This document shows, piece by piece, positions 19,056 through 28,403 of a stretch of 55,077 bases of DNA. The stretch is from IMG/VR virus record IMGVR_UViG_3300037479_000047, positions 1 through 55,077 of that record. One strand, written 5' to 3'. Source of the stretch: a virus. Its lineage: Duplodnaviria > Caudoviricetes. The number at the start of each line of letters is the position of its first letter. Within the stretch, counting starts at the first letter, position 1. A program made the translations under genes and the position numbers. Below the pieces are notes generated by a model. The model ran no database searches and was not told the origin of the DNA. It worked only from the letters and a program-made list of their open reading frames with translations.

Positions 19056-20289
19056 GGTCGAGCTGTGGAACGTCGACGCGCTGAAAGATGCTAGCCTAGC
19101 GAACCAACCGCTGATTTTGGCGGAAGGGGCCTGCGACGGGCTCGCCTTGCTGCAATGCGGCTTCGCGCGCACCGTGGCCGTGCCCGGATGGTCGGACAAG
19201 AACCTCGAGCCCGACCGCTACGAGCCGTTTAAGCGCAACGAGCAGGCGATCAGGCAGGCGCGCACAGTCATTGTGGCGCAGCACGCCGACAATGCTGGCA
19301 GCGCCATGTTGCGCGCCGTCGCCAATTTTTTCGATGAGTGCGACGTGCGCTATGTAGCCTGGCCGAAGGATTGCAACGATGCGAACGATACGCTGTTGCT
19401 GTATGGGCAAGAGGTCGTGGTGCAGGCCGTCAACGGGGCACGGCAGGTCGACCCGCCGGGTGGGATGATTACTGGCTTCACCGATTTGCCGCCGCGGCCT
19501 GAGCGCAAGATTTGGCGGCTCGATTGGCCTGAACTCGACAAGTTTATGGCGTTCCGCTCGCGGGAAATCTCGCTGCTTACGGGCACGCCTGGCGCTGGCA
19601 AGTCCACCTTCGTCACCTGGGCCGCGCACCATCTGGTGCGGGCCAACGATCTGCGCGTCGGGCTTTGCCTGTTCGAGACCGATCCGGTTGAGGTGCGCAA
19701 TCACCTACTGAGACTGCACGGCTGCTACGGCGAGTTTGGCGAGGAGGGAAAGCGCGTCGAGGTGCTGCAAGCGCTCGACCGCAATTATCGCGTAGTGCAT
19801 CGCGTCGACGAGGGTGAGGAGACTCATGGCATGGCGTGGCTCAAGCGCATGGTTCATGCGCTCGCGGCGCGCGACGGCTGCAATTTGATTGTGGTCGACC
19901 CATGGAACGAGCTTGAGCATCTGCCCGAGCCCGGCGAGAGTATGACGAATTACATCAATTTCGCCCTGATGCGGATGCGGCAATGGGCCGACAAATACGA
20001 CGTCCACATCTGCATCGTAGCGCATCCGAAGAAGATGGAGCCGGGGCGCCGGCCGATCGGCTATGACGTGGCCGACAGCGCCGCCTTCGTCAATAAGCCG
20101 GGCATGGGCTGGACCATCCATCTCGAGGATGACGAGGAGCACGGCGAGCATGTGTCCTTGACGTGCTGGAAGGTGCGCAGCCGACAGGAAACCGGGTGTC
20201 GCCCTGGCCGCGCGCTGCTGTCCTTCGACGAGCACAGCATGACCTATCGGCCGATCCGGCGCCGGGTAATGCAAGGGGAGGCCGCATAA
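18850..20289 (+). CDS. Twinkle/T7 gp4-like TOPRIM primase-SF4 helicase
   Basis: AEGACDGL and CNDAND (TOPRIM); GTPGAGKS (Walker A), VVDPWN and VAHP. Confidence 0.88.
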   Translation: MTAAREQGAAWLEARGLDPELADKMGWEASFRKDGTVWLKIPYIRDGQPVTTQYRRLDAKEFRFVSGSEVELWNVDALKDASLANQPLILAEGACDGLALLQCGFARTVAVPGWSDKNLEPDRYEPFKRNEQAIRQARTVIVAQHADNAGSAMLRAVANFFDECDVRYVAWPKDCNDANDTLLLYGQEVVVQAVNGARQVDPPGGMITGFTDLPPRPERKIWRLDWPELDKFMAFRSREISLLTGTPGAGKSTFVTWAAHHLVRANDLRVGLCLFETDPVEVRNHLLRLHGCYGEFGEEGKRVEVLQALDRNYRVVHRVDEGEETHGMAWLKRMVHALAARDGCNLIVVDPWNELEHLPEPGESMTNYINFALMRMRQWADKYDVHICIVAHPKKMEPGRRPIGYDVADSAAFVNKPGMGWTIHLEDDEEHGEHVSLTCWKVRSRQETGCRPGRALLSFDEHSMTYRPIRRRVMQGEAA

Positions 20290-20290
20290 A

Positions 20291-21235
20291 GTGGGCGAAA
20301 ATAGCCGCATAGAGTGGTGCGATTCGACGTTCAATCCATGGGTGGGTTGCACCAAGGTTTCGCGTGGCTGCGACCATTGCTACGCCGAGGCGATGATGGA
20401 TCACCGCTACGGCAAGCTGGAGTGGGGACCGCACGGCGCGCGCAAGCGCACCTCTGAGGCGAACTGGAAAAAGCCGCTGCAATGGGCGAAGCAGGCGCGG
20501 GCCTCTGGCACGCGGCCGCGCGTATTCTGTGCATCACTGGCCGACGTGTTCGACAACAAGGTGCCGGATGAGTGGCGTTTTGACCTATGGCAACTGATTT
20601 TGGCAACGCCCGAGCTCGACTGGCTGCTGCTCACCAAACGGCCCGAGAATATGACGAAGGGCATGTTGCCGGTGATCGGCTGGCCCTGGCCGAATGTGTG
20701 GCTCGGCGTCACCGCCGAGGATCAGGCGCGCGCCGATCACCGCATCCCGATCCTGCTAAACACGCCTGCGGCGGTGCGATTCGTCTCCTACGAGCCTGCG
20801 CTCGGGCCAATCGAGTTCGGCAAGTGGGCCGACGAGGGCGTTTACATCGACTGGCTACGTGGCTTCGATGGCAGCGAGCCGCCGACCCCCGGCCTGGATT
20901 GGGTCATCGCTGGCGGCGAGAGCGGACCGAACGCGCGGCCCGCGCACCCGCAATGGTTCCGCGACGTGCGCGACCAATGCAAAGCCGCTGGCGTGGCTTT
21001 CCACTACAAGCAGGCAGGGGAGTGGATGCCGGTTGCGTCCGCGCGCTCAGGCGAGGGCGGGGCGTTGCCGCCTGATCGTTTGCCGCAAGGCGTCCGCGAG
21101 GTGGTGGTTGGCGATGTGGTTATGCGCCGCGTCGGCAAGAAGGCCGCCGGACGTCTCCTCGACGGCATCGAGCACAACGGGTTCCCGGGGATGACCACCT
21201 ACCCCACCGAAATGTCGCAACTGAGGAACGAATGA
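20291..21235 (+). CDS. DUF5131 (phage Gp37/Gp68) family protein
   Basis: IEWCDSTFNPWVGCTKVSRGCDHCYA, LLTKRP and WVIAGGESG motifs. Confidence 0.9.
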   Translation: MGENSRIEWCDSTFNPWVGCTKVSRGCDHCYAEAMMDHRYGKLEWGPHGARKRTSEANWKKPLQWAKQARASGTRPRVFCASLADVFDNKVPDEWRFDLWQLILATPELDWLLLTKRPENMTKGMLPVIGWPWPNVWLGVTAEDQARADHRIPILLNTPAAVRFVSYEPALGPIEFGKWADEGVYIDWLRGFDGSEPPTPGLDWVIAGGESGPNARPAHPQWFRDVRDQCKAAGVAFHYKQAGEWMPVASARSGEGGALPPDRLPQGVREVVVGDVVMRRVGKKAAGRLLDGIEHNGFPGMTTYPTEMSQLRNE

Positions 21236-21798
21236 CGCTTGACCCGACTGGCCCCATTCTTGTTCGCAAGACCGAGAAGCGCTTGGTGCGCAAGCGCATA
21301 GATGACGCTGCTATCAGCGCAGACTATGTGCGGCGAGCGCTTGACTACGACCCGACGACTGGCGTGTTCATTTGGCGAGCGCCAAGCCGGAAGGATGTGA
21401 TCGGCAAGCAAGCGGGAAAGCGGCGCAGAGACGGCTATGTCGTCCTGTCTTTTTGGAGCCGCTATTACCTCGCACACCGGGTCGCCTGGCTATACGTCTA
21501 TGGACGCTGGCCGGAGAACTGCATCGACCACATCAACGGCGAGCCCTCTGACAACAGGATTGCCAATTTGCGGGAGGCGACTCACGCCGAGAATATCGCC
21601 AACCGCCCTAAGCAGAGCAACAATAGGTCCGGTCGCAAGGGCGTTGCGTTCCACGCGCGCTCGGGTCGGTGGGTTGCGCAGATTGCCAAGAACGGCGCTA
21701 AGCACCACCTCGGCTATTTTAAGACGCGTGACTTGGCGGCCGAGGCATACGCAAAGGCTGCACGCGATCTGCACGGCGACTTTGCACGGGTGGAATGA
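21232..21798 (+). CDS. HNH-AP2 homing endonuclease
   Basis: YLAHRVAW...IDHING..DNRIANLR; AP2 HLGYF..A..AY. Confidence 0.88.
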   Translation: MTLDPTGPILVRKTEKRLVRKRIDDAAISADYVRRALDYDPTTGVFIWRAPSRKDVIGKQAGKRRRDGYVVLSFWSRYYLAHRVAWLYVYGRWPENCIDHINGEPSDNRIANLREATHAENIANRPKQSNNRSGRKGVAFHARSGRWVAQIAKNGAKHHLGYFKTRDLAAEAYAKAARDLHGDFARVE

Positions 21799-22382
21799 TG
21801 CTGCACAAGCTGCCGAGACCCGACAACGCCCCGCTTTTTGAAGGCGAACCTAGCCCCAAGTGGTATGCGGTTATGACGCGCCCCAGAATGGAGATGGAGG
21901 CGGACGCGAATCTGCGCAGGATGCGCTATCACACCTTCACGCCGCACCTGCGCAAACGGCAGAAGGTCGGGCGCTTGGTCACGCGCGAGGTCATCGAGCC
22001 GCTATTCCCGCGCTATCTGTTCCTCGGGGTGCGCCAGGGCATGAGCCTCTACTACGCCAATGAGGCGATCGGGGTTTCGACCGTGGTGCATCTCGGTGGC
22101 GAGCCGCTCGAGATTCCGGCGCCGGTGATGACCGAGATCATGGCGCGCTGCGATGGCGATAGCGACCGGATTATCCCGCCGCTCAAAGGCAAGCCGATCT
22201 TCGGCGGCAAGCCGGGGGACATGGCGCTATTGGGCGATCGCGCCGGCGCCTTCCAGGGCTTCACCTTACAGATTTTGCGGGTCGAGGGCTCGCAGGTTAT
22301 CTTGGATTGGGTGACGGGTCCGCTCGGCGTGCCGCTCAACCATGTGGCCGAGTTGATCCCGGCAGAGAGGAAAGGCGCATGA
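21795..22382 (+). CDS. NusG/RfaH-family antiterminator (putative late-gene regulator)
   Basis: WYAVMTRPRME, PLFPRYLF and GAFQGF motifs; near the end of the middle operon. Confidence 0.85.
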   Translation: MMLHKLPRPDNAPLFEGEPSPKWYAVMTRPRMEMEADANLRRMRYHTFTPHLRKRQKVGRLVTREVIEPLFPRYLFLGVRQGMSLYYANEAIGVSTVVHLGGEPLEIPAPVMTEIMARCDGDSDRIIPPLKGKPIFGGKPGDMALLGDRAGAFQGFTLQILRVEGSQVILDWVTGPLGVPLNHVAELIPAERKGA

Positions 22383-22671
22383 GCGCAGGTCGTCCCCTTG
22401 AACCACATGAAATAGCCTCGCAGATGGTGCTCATCGGCGAAGCCTGGGCGCTCCCCCGCGGCTATACCCGTGCGGAAGGGATAGCGTCGATGACAGAGCT
22501 GCTCGCCAAAGGTGCCATTACCCTTTACCGAGACGCCGAGAGCGGAGAGATTATGATGATGCTGATGCGCGAAGATGCGCCGCAATGAGCTATTTCCTCG
22601 GACAGCGCATCATCGGCCAGATTGGCGCCGCGTTGCTCGCGCTCGCGCTGATCCTGATTCTCAGCCTAGTA

Positions 22672-22700
22672 TTGACGTAAGCCCAAAATTAGCGCATATA
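22672..22700 (+). promoter_or_regulatory. Putative late promoter
   Basis: TTGACG, 17-nt spacer, CATATA in an AT-rich gap before the structural operon. Confidence 0.45.
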
Positions 22701-23092
22701 GGGGAGTGACATAGATTTTGCGTTGGCTTGCGCGCCTACGGCCAAGAGAATCGACGCGGGCGTATCCCGTGAACCCGTTGCACAAGCCAGCGTCCTGGCA
22801 CCGAGATGGTGACAGGGAGGCTTGTCTGCAAAAACCCGCCTGCTCGTTTGCTGATCCATGGTGTCACGAGCCCTGCGGCACCTTCGCTCAAAATATTCAG
22901 ATACAGGTCTTGCAATTCGGCTTGCGTCCGATGAAATTGAGATCACTCCGGAGATGATCGAGGCGGGTCTAGCTGAATTGTGGAATCACGACATAACCGA
23001 GCCGCGTGAGGATGAGATGCGGGAGGCGGTTAGGTCTGTTTACTCCGCAATGCATAAATCTCGCGCCTCGGGCGCGGAATAGGGAGCAAGAA

Positions 23093-23377
23093 TTGGCTGA
23101 GCGTGGTCGTCCTCCCGGATTCGTGATGTCTCACGAACATAGGACTAAAATCGCAAACTCTAAAATCCTCAAGAGGTTGATAGCTTGCGGGGAGGGAGAA
23201 TTAGAACTCACCCCGACACAAGCATCTGTAGGCATGGGCCTCTTGCGCAAGGTCATGCCTGATTTGTCGGCAACAGAATTAAGCGGCCCGGACGGTGGCC
23301 CGATTGAGATGACTAACACGCGCGCCGCCGCCAGAGCTGTACTTGATGTGTTGCGGACGGCTGATATCAAGGAATGA
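23093..23377 (+). CDS. terS: Putative terminase small subunit
   Basis: LLRKVMPDLSATELSGPDGGPI C-terminal motif; TTG start after AGGGAG; early position in the late operon. Confidence 0.6.
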   Translation: MAERGRPPGFVMSHEHRTKIANSKILKRLIACGEGELELTPTQASVGMGLLRKVMPDLSATELSGPDGGPIEMTNTRAAARAVLDVLRTADIKE

Positions 23378-23404
23378 AACGGATCATTATAGAGGGCAAC
23401 TGAT

Positions 23405-23683
23405 ATGGCGATTGGTGTGCCACGCGAATCTATCGGTGCGGTAGCGCCGGCAAGCTCGCTCAGGGAGGTATCTCCGACCGACACGGGAACTTTGGTAGGG
23501 ACAGATGCGCGGGCCTGTTTGTGGCTCTATGTCAGCGACACTGGGGATGTAGCCGTTGTAGCCGAGGCGGACACTGGCGAGCAAATTCTGACCATAGCCC
23601 AACCGGGGCGTGTTGATGTTAGGGCCAAGCGCGTTCGCGCGACCGGGACTACAGTTACAAAGGTCATAGCGGCGTTTGCATAA
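23405..23683 (+). CDS. Head spike base protein (RcGTA Rcc01079-like); 3 DTG motifs
   Basis: PA...V.P.D...L....LYV...G.V...RV.ATGTT...A pattern recognised from the family. Confidence 0.7.
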   Translation: MAIGVPRESIGAVAPASSLREVSPTDTGTLVGTDARACLWLYVSDTGDVAVVAEADTGEQILTIAQPGRVDVRAKRVRATGTTVTKVIAAFA

Positions 23684-23768
23684 AGGGAGTTGATCTATGG
23701 CGACAGCATCGCGCGACCCTAGCGAAAAGCATACAGAATGCTGGACGCGGGGAATATGGGGCTAAGGC

Positions 23769-24098
23769 GTGACGATCTGGACGCCCGACACCGACGATTG
23801 CCAGATTGAGATTTCCGACGATCCGGCTACACGCGGGCAAATTGTTGGATTTATTAGGGCGAGCAAGGTTCACGCGACGCCTGCCGATGTGCTGGCCGAG
23901 AACCAACGCAAGAACCGGATTTGCGCCGATGTGGAAGCGGCCGGGGTCAAACGCGAGTCCTTTGTTTGGTCGATCTCGCCGACAGATCGGGCTGTTGTCA
24001 TTACCGTAGTGGATGGGTCGCTCACCGGCACTCAAAAGGCCAGACTAGAGGATGACCTAGAAGCGAAGTCCGGCACCGGCACGGTAAGGGTGGTCTAG
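23769..24098 (+). CDS. Hypothetical protein
   Basis: 109 aa ORF coupled to the next gene. Confidence 0.6.
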   Translation: MTIWTPDTDDCQIEISDDPATRGQIVGFIRASKVHATPADVLAENQRKNRICADVEAAGVKRESFVWSISPTDRAVVITVVDGSLTGTQKARLEDDLEAKSGTGTVRVV

Positions 24099-25351
24099 TG
24101 GGCAAGGCGCTGCTGCTGTCCGGTTCCGCTGCTGGCACGGGACAGGCCGATACAACTACTATCGCCCTTTCCGGTGGAGCCTTTGCTGTTGCGGCGACTG
24201 CCGAGGCAAATTCCCAGTGCCCGCTCAACAAGGCGGGGACGCTCTCGAATTTGGCGATCAACATTAACACCACCGGGACCACTCGCTCGATTACTATGCG
24301 TAACAATGGAGCGAACGGCAACCAGACGGTTGCCATAGCTGACGGCGCGGGCGGTATCCACGAAGATGCGGTTAACACCGATACGATAGCGGCGGCAGAT
24401 AAGCTCAACACGGTTTTGAATGAGGCTGGAACAAATCCGACTGTTTATTGGATTCGCTATTTATTCGACGCGACTTCAAATCATGTCGCCTATTACGGTA
24501 GACAGGGAGCTATCGGCTTTTCAACGGCATCGACTACGGCTTACGGGCTGCTGAGTGGCGGGACGGGCGGAAATTTCACAACGACCATAGGCAACGCCCA
24601 ACAGACTATCCGCGCTCCCGGCGTTCTGAGCCGGTTCAATGTTTTCATTTCCGCCAACAACCGCACGACCACGACCACCATTAGCACCAATATCGGCGGC
24701 AGCGCGGGCAACGGCACGGTGTCGGTTACGAGCGGTGCCACGGGCCTGTTCGAGGACGCGACCAACACCGACACGGTATCCAGCGGATCGCTAGTCTGTA
24801 TTGAAATAGTAACAGGTACGGGGACGGAGACCATTACCGTCCAGCGCGCCGGGGTCACGCTCGAAAACACTACCGACGACAAGAACGATCTGTTTGCCGG
24901 GGCTGTTGTCTCCAGGTCGGCAAGTGCGACGGTCCACTATTTGCCGCTGTGTGGCGGCAGCACGCTTGCCGTTACGACCGAATCCCAGCCTGCGGTCACG
25001 CATAGTTTCAGCGGGACCGTAAGCCGCCTGCGGATGTATCTCTCGGCCAACACGTTAAGCGGTGGCAACGGAACAGTTAGGCTGCGTAAGGGCGGCACGG
25101 ACGGCAATCAAGTCCTGACGTTGACGGCGGCGACGACGGGTTTATTCGAGGACACGACCAACACCGACACATTCGTCGGCTCAGACACGGTAAACCTATC
25201 GATTGTCGATGCTGCGTCATCTGGAAGCATAACCGCGACACATTGGGCCGTGACCGAGGAAGAGACTGCGGCTGCTGTTAGCGGCGGCGGCAAACTGATT
25301 GGCGGCATTCTCACTCGACCTAAATTGATCCACGGGAGACTGGCCGCATGA
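24098..25351 (+). CDS. Thr/Gly-rich putative virion fibre or spike with three internal ~135-aa repeats
   Basis: GIHEDAVNTDT, GLFEDATNTDT and GLFEDTTNTDT, each preceded by G.LS/G.VS and GN.TV/GN.VL. Confidence 0.65.
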   Translation: MGKALLLSGSAAGTGQADTTTIALSGGAFAVAATAEANSQCPLNKAGTLSNLAININTTGTTRSITMRNNGANGNQTVAIADGAGGIHEDAVNTDTIAAADKLNTVLNEAGTNPTVYWIRYLFDATSNHVAYYGRQGAIGFSTASTTAYGLLSGGTGGNFTTTIGNAQQTIRAPGVLSRFNVFISANNRTTTTTISTNIGGSAGNGTVSVTSGATGLFEDATNTDTVSSGSLVCIEIVTGTGTETITVQRAGVTLENTTDDKNDLFAGAVVSRSASATVHYLPLCGGSTLAVTTESQPAVTHSFSGTVSRLRMYLSANTLSGGNGTVRLRKGGTDGNQVLTLTAATTGLFEDTTNTDTFVGSDTVNLSIVDAASSGSITATHWAVTEEETAAAVSGGGKLIGGILTRPKLIHGRLAA

Positions 25352-26439
25352 CGGCACCGTATTACGGCAAGCGTGAGCCGGGAGCCTTAACGGCGGCATC
25401 ACCAGGGGATACGCTCTATTTCAATTTCGGCGGCTATAACGATTCCGGTGACAGTGAGGCCGTGTCCGGCTTCGCGGTCACGGATATTGAGGTTTTCAAG
25501 AACGGGGATGCTACCGCTCGGGCCACCGACAGCGGTTATTCGCTTATCTCCGACACGGGACAAATCGGCAACCGAGTCGGTCTCAATCGCTTTAGCGTGC
25601 AGCTCTACAATACCGCTGACGACACCGGATTTTACGATGTAGGCGGCTGGTATCAGGTGGCCGTAGATTCGGTTACGGTCGATGGCAAGACCGTAAGATT
25701 TTGGGTTGGCTCGTTTGAGATCGGTCGGCAGCGCGTTAATGTGCGGGAGATCGTCGGTGATACTGGTGCAACTAGTCGGTTGCTCAAACTGGCCGGCACC
25801 AAAGTCAATGACAGCGGCACGTTCGATACGGGAACCGGTATTCTTCGTGGCGCTGCCGCTACCGTAGACACTGGCGCGGTTAATAACGCGGTATGGAATG
25901 GCAATGTGTCGGCGCATGTCGCTGACACGGGGTCATTTGGTTACGCGCAAGGCCGTCTTATGGCGGTCAGGAATGATACCGGCGCGGCTCACCTCGACCA
26001 GGGGCGCTTCGGTGTCATTTCTGACTCGGGCCGCGCAGCGGCAGTGCTGGATACGGGTAAGGTCGCAGCGGCAGTCTGGACCTCGCACGCCACGCGCACG
26101 CTAACCGCGTTTGCTCTCGATACAGGTATAGCACAGACCGTCTGGCGCGAGCAAAATTCGGCTTATACCGACACTGGCAGTTTCGGCTATGGCGTCAACG
26201 TCCACAAGATTGACAATGATACCGGAGCGGCGGCGCATGTGCAGCAAGCCTTTAACGTGCAAAGCGCGCTTGCCGATACGGGCCTGATTACAACGCAACT
26301 GGCTGCAATCAAGACCAAGACCGACAGCTTGACCTTCACCGTGGCCAATCAAGTCGATGCCAACACCCAATACGTCAACGATGTCCAGGTCCAAGGCACG
26401 GGCGACACGGGCACGGCGAATACATGGCGACCAGTATAA
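25348..26439 (+). CDS. Putative virion surface protein with 13 DTG and 4 DSG motifs
   Basis: Manual count; also AVW...GSFG repeats. Confidence 0.7.
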   Translation: MTAPYYGKREPGALTAASPGDTLYFNFGGYNDSGDSEAVSGFAVTDIEVFKNGDATARATDSGYSLISDTGQIGNRVGLNRFSVQLYNTADDTGFYDVGGWYQVAVDSVTVDGKTVRFWVGSFEIGRQRVNVREIVGDTGATSRLLKLAGTKVNDSGTFDTGTGILRGAAATVDTGAVNNAVWNGNVSAHVADTGSFGYAQGRLMAVRNDTGAAHLDQGRFGVISDSGRAAAVLDTGKVAAAVWTSHATRTLTAFALDTGIAQTVWREQNSAYTDTGSFGYGVNVHKIDNDTGAAAHVQQAFNVQSALADTGLITTQLAAIKTKTDSLTFTVANQVDANTQYVNDVQVQGTGDTGTANTWRPV

Positions 26440-26669
26440 CCAAGCGGGTTACCGCCGCCGCCAGTGCCGACAACACCAAGCGTGTTGCCACGAGCGGGGC
26501 CACAAGTGGCGGGCTCGGTGGCGATACCTGGGGCGGCACTTGGGGCGATACGTGGGGCAATACCTGGCACAACATCACCGCCGCAGGAACGGCAGTGCCG
26601 ACGCTTGACGTGACCAAGCGGGTGCAGGCAGCGGCCTCGGGCGGGCATACCAAGAGGGTTACGCTCTAA
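26424..26669 (+). CDS. Small repeat protein (TKRV x4; G-x-TW x4)
   Basis: GGDTWGGTWGDTWGNTW core flanked by TKRV pairs. Confidence 0.65.
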   Translation: MATSITKRVTAAASADNTKRVATSGATSGGLGGDTWGGTWGDTWGNTWHNITAAGTAVPTLDVTKRVQAAASGGHTKRVTL

Positions 26670-26828
26670 ATGCCGAGCAAAACGTCCAAGCAGGCCCGTT
26701 TCATGCGCGCGGTTGCGCATGGCTGGAAGCCGGGAGGTCGCAAGCCTCCGCCGATTGCTGTGGCCAAGGAATTTGTGCGCGCCGATAAGAGGCGCAAACG
26801 AACCATCGCCTCTGGCGACAACCATTAA
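26670..26828 (+). CDS. Small basic phage protein (MPSKTSKQARFMRAVAHGW...)
   Basis: 52 aa ORF starting immediately after the TAA at 26669. Confidence 0.6.
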   Translation: MPSKTSKQARFMRAVAHGWKPGGRKPPPIAVAKEFVRADKRRKRTIASGDNH

Positions 26829-26859
26829 GCAAACAGCAACAAGCGAAAGGACTAAAACC

Positions 26860-27774
26860 ATGACTGTCACCAAACAGGTGAGCTTGCATGGCAAGCGAGC
26901 CTTCCTCTCGAAAGAGGACATTCTTGTCGGACGCGGCGGCATTGCTGCGGGCGGCGATGACAAACCGACCATTGTGCTGCCTGGGGCACCCGATACCGTG
27001 GCGGTGTTCGATGATTTCCATGCGTCGCTTGTGGGCGACACCGGGAATATCGGCGACACCGGAAATGTCAGTGCCCATCAAGGCGGGCTGTATCTTTTGG
27101 CGGTCGGCACGGATACGGGCAATGAGATCAAACTGCAAAATTCCACTAACGGTGTGATCCGGCTTGGGCCGGTCACGGACGGGACGCAGACGCCTGCGGG
27201 CACAAACACGTCGCTAGTTGGCCGCACACATGCGTGGAAAGCCAACATGGGGCCAGGCGGTCACTCTGGTCGGCTTCGCTTCGCTGCGCGCCTGAAATGC
27301 CCTGGCAACGGTACGGTATGGAACGCAGGCTCTATTTTTGCGGGCTTCGCCGATACCGGCGTTCTCGGTGCTGGCACGTTCCCGATTTACGACACGGGGG
27401 CCTCTGATACTGGCGGCATTGCCGCTGTAGCTGATGCGGTAGGCTTCCTCTACGGCGAGAACGCCGATACGGGAATCCGTGGCGTGTCTGCGCGTGGTGG
27501 AGCTACTGGTCGTCAGTCTGTGACGCTTACCACCACGGCACCGACCGTTAACAAGTATCAGGTTTGGGAATTGGAACTGCATCGCAGTTCGTCCGACACA
27601 GGCGGCACGGCGACGTTCTGGATTGATGGTGTGCCGCAGGGAACCATTACCTCGCCGATCACAACCGCCGAGCCAGTGGTTCCGTATATCGGCATCATGG
27701 CCAGCGACACAGGAGCGCCCGCTCTTGATGTTGACTGGTTTGCTGTCAGCGCCCCGCGTGATACGGGCGAATAG
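26860..27774 (+). CDS. Putative virion beta-sandwich (lectin-like) protein with 10 DTG motifs
   Basis: ATG 26860 after AAAGGA; FDDF...ATFWIDG...LDVDW pattern; DTG counted manually. Confidence 0.65.
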   Translation: MTVTKQVSLHGKRAFLSKEDILVGRGGIAAGGDDKPTIVLPGAPDTVAVFDDFHASLVGDTGNIGDTGNVSAHQGGLYLLAVGTDTGNEIKLQNSTNGVIRLGPVTDGTQTPAGTNTSLVGRTHAWKANMGPGGHSGRLRFAARLKCPGNGTVWNAGSIFAGFADTGVLGAGTFPIYDTGASDTGGIAAVADAVGFLYGENADTGIRGVSARGGATGRQSVTLTTTAPTVNKYQVWELELHRSSSDTGGTATFWIDGVPQGTITSPITTAEPVVPYIGIMASDTGAPALDVDWFAVSAPRDTGE

Positions 27775-27785
27775 GAGGTTTTTGC

Positions 27786-28403
27786 GTGAGTGCTGAAACT
27801 GAGGGGGCGGTCACAGAGGCCGCCCCTCCCTCTTATGAGGGCATTGCCATTCTCGGCTCGCACCCGGCGACCGTGGAGATGGCGCCCTTCGATGACCCAG
27901 GGTGGATCATTTACGCGTGCAGCCCGCATAATTTCGAGATGCGGCAATTGCCCCGCTTCGATGAATGGTTCGAGGTGCATCCCCAATTGTCAGATGCCAC
28001 GCGAGCCTATCCATATTTGAAATATGTCGAATCGCTGCCGCTTGTGTGGCTCAGGGACAAGGATGCTCTGCCTTATATCCCCGGCGGTAGGCTGTATCCA
28101 GACGCCGAGATGGCGGCCCGATTCGGACCGTTCAATAACACCAGCTCCATTGCTTTGATGATGATGCGAGCCATTGTCGAATGCGAGCGTTTGCACGCCG
28201 AAGGCAAAATGCCGGAGCCTAAGATTGGGCTGTTTGGCATCATGCAAGCCAGTCCGAACGAATATACCTATCAGCGTCCGACGATTCAGCAATTAGTCTG
28301 GGAGGCATCCAAGAAAGAGCGTGAATTGCTGGGCCGCCCGCGCATCCACGTGATCGCGCCGGATATCAGCAAGCTGTTTGAGCCGCCACCGGAGAACTTC
28401 TGA
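27786..28403 (+). CDS. Putative Maf/CstII-like (sialyltransferase-fold) glycosyltransferase
   Basis: IAILGSHP N-terminal strand-loop, TSSIALMM helix and IGLFGI strand resemble the GxGPS...SV...IYLxGxD layout of this fold. Confidence 0.45.
   Translation: MSAETEGAVTEAAPPSYEGIAILGSHPATVEMAPFDDPGWIIYACSPHNFEMRQLPRFDEWFEVHPQLSDATRAYPYLKYVESLPLVWLRDKDALPYIPGGRLYPDAEMAARFGPFNNTSSIALMMMRAIVECERLHAEGKMPEPKIGLFGIMQASPNEYTYQRPTIQQLVWEASKKERELLGRPRIHVIAPDISKLFEPPPENF

Noticed and set aside
22858-23082. A DTG in a small ORF before terS
   Set aside because: It is a single occurrence in an uncertain N-terminal region and is compatible with chance.
26713-26859. N-terminal extension of the 353-aa ORF
   Set aside because: It overlaps a more plausible 52-aa gene (26670..26828), and a good RBS precedes ATG 26860.
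25348-27774. Recurrent GAYACNGG as a DNA repeat, CRISPR array or binding site
   Set aside because: The copies I checked are in the coding frame with free synonymous variation and irregular spacing. There is no repeat-spacer structure and no cas gene.
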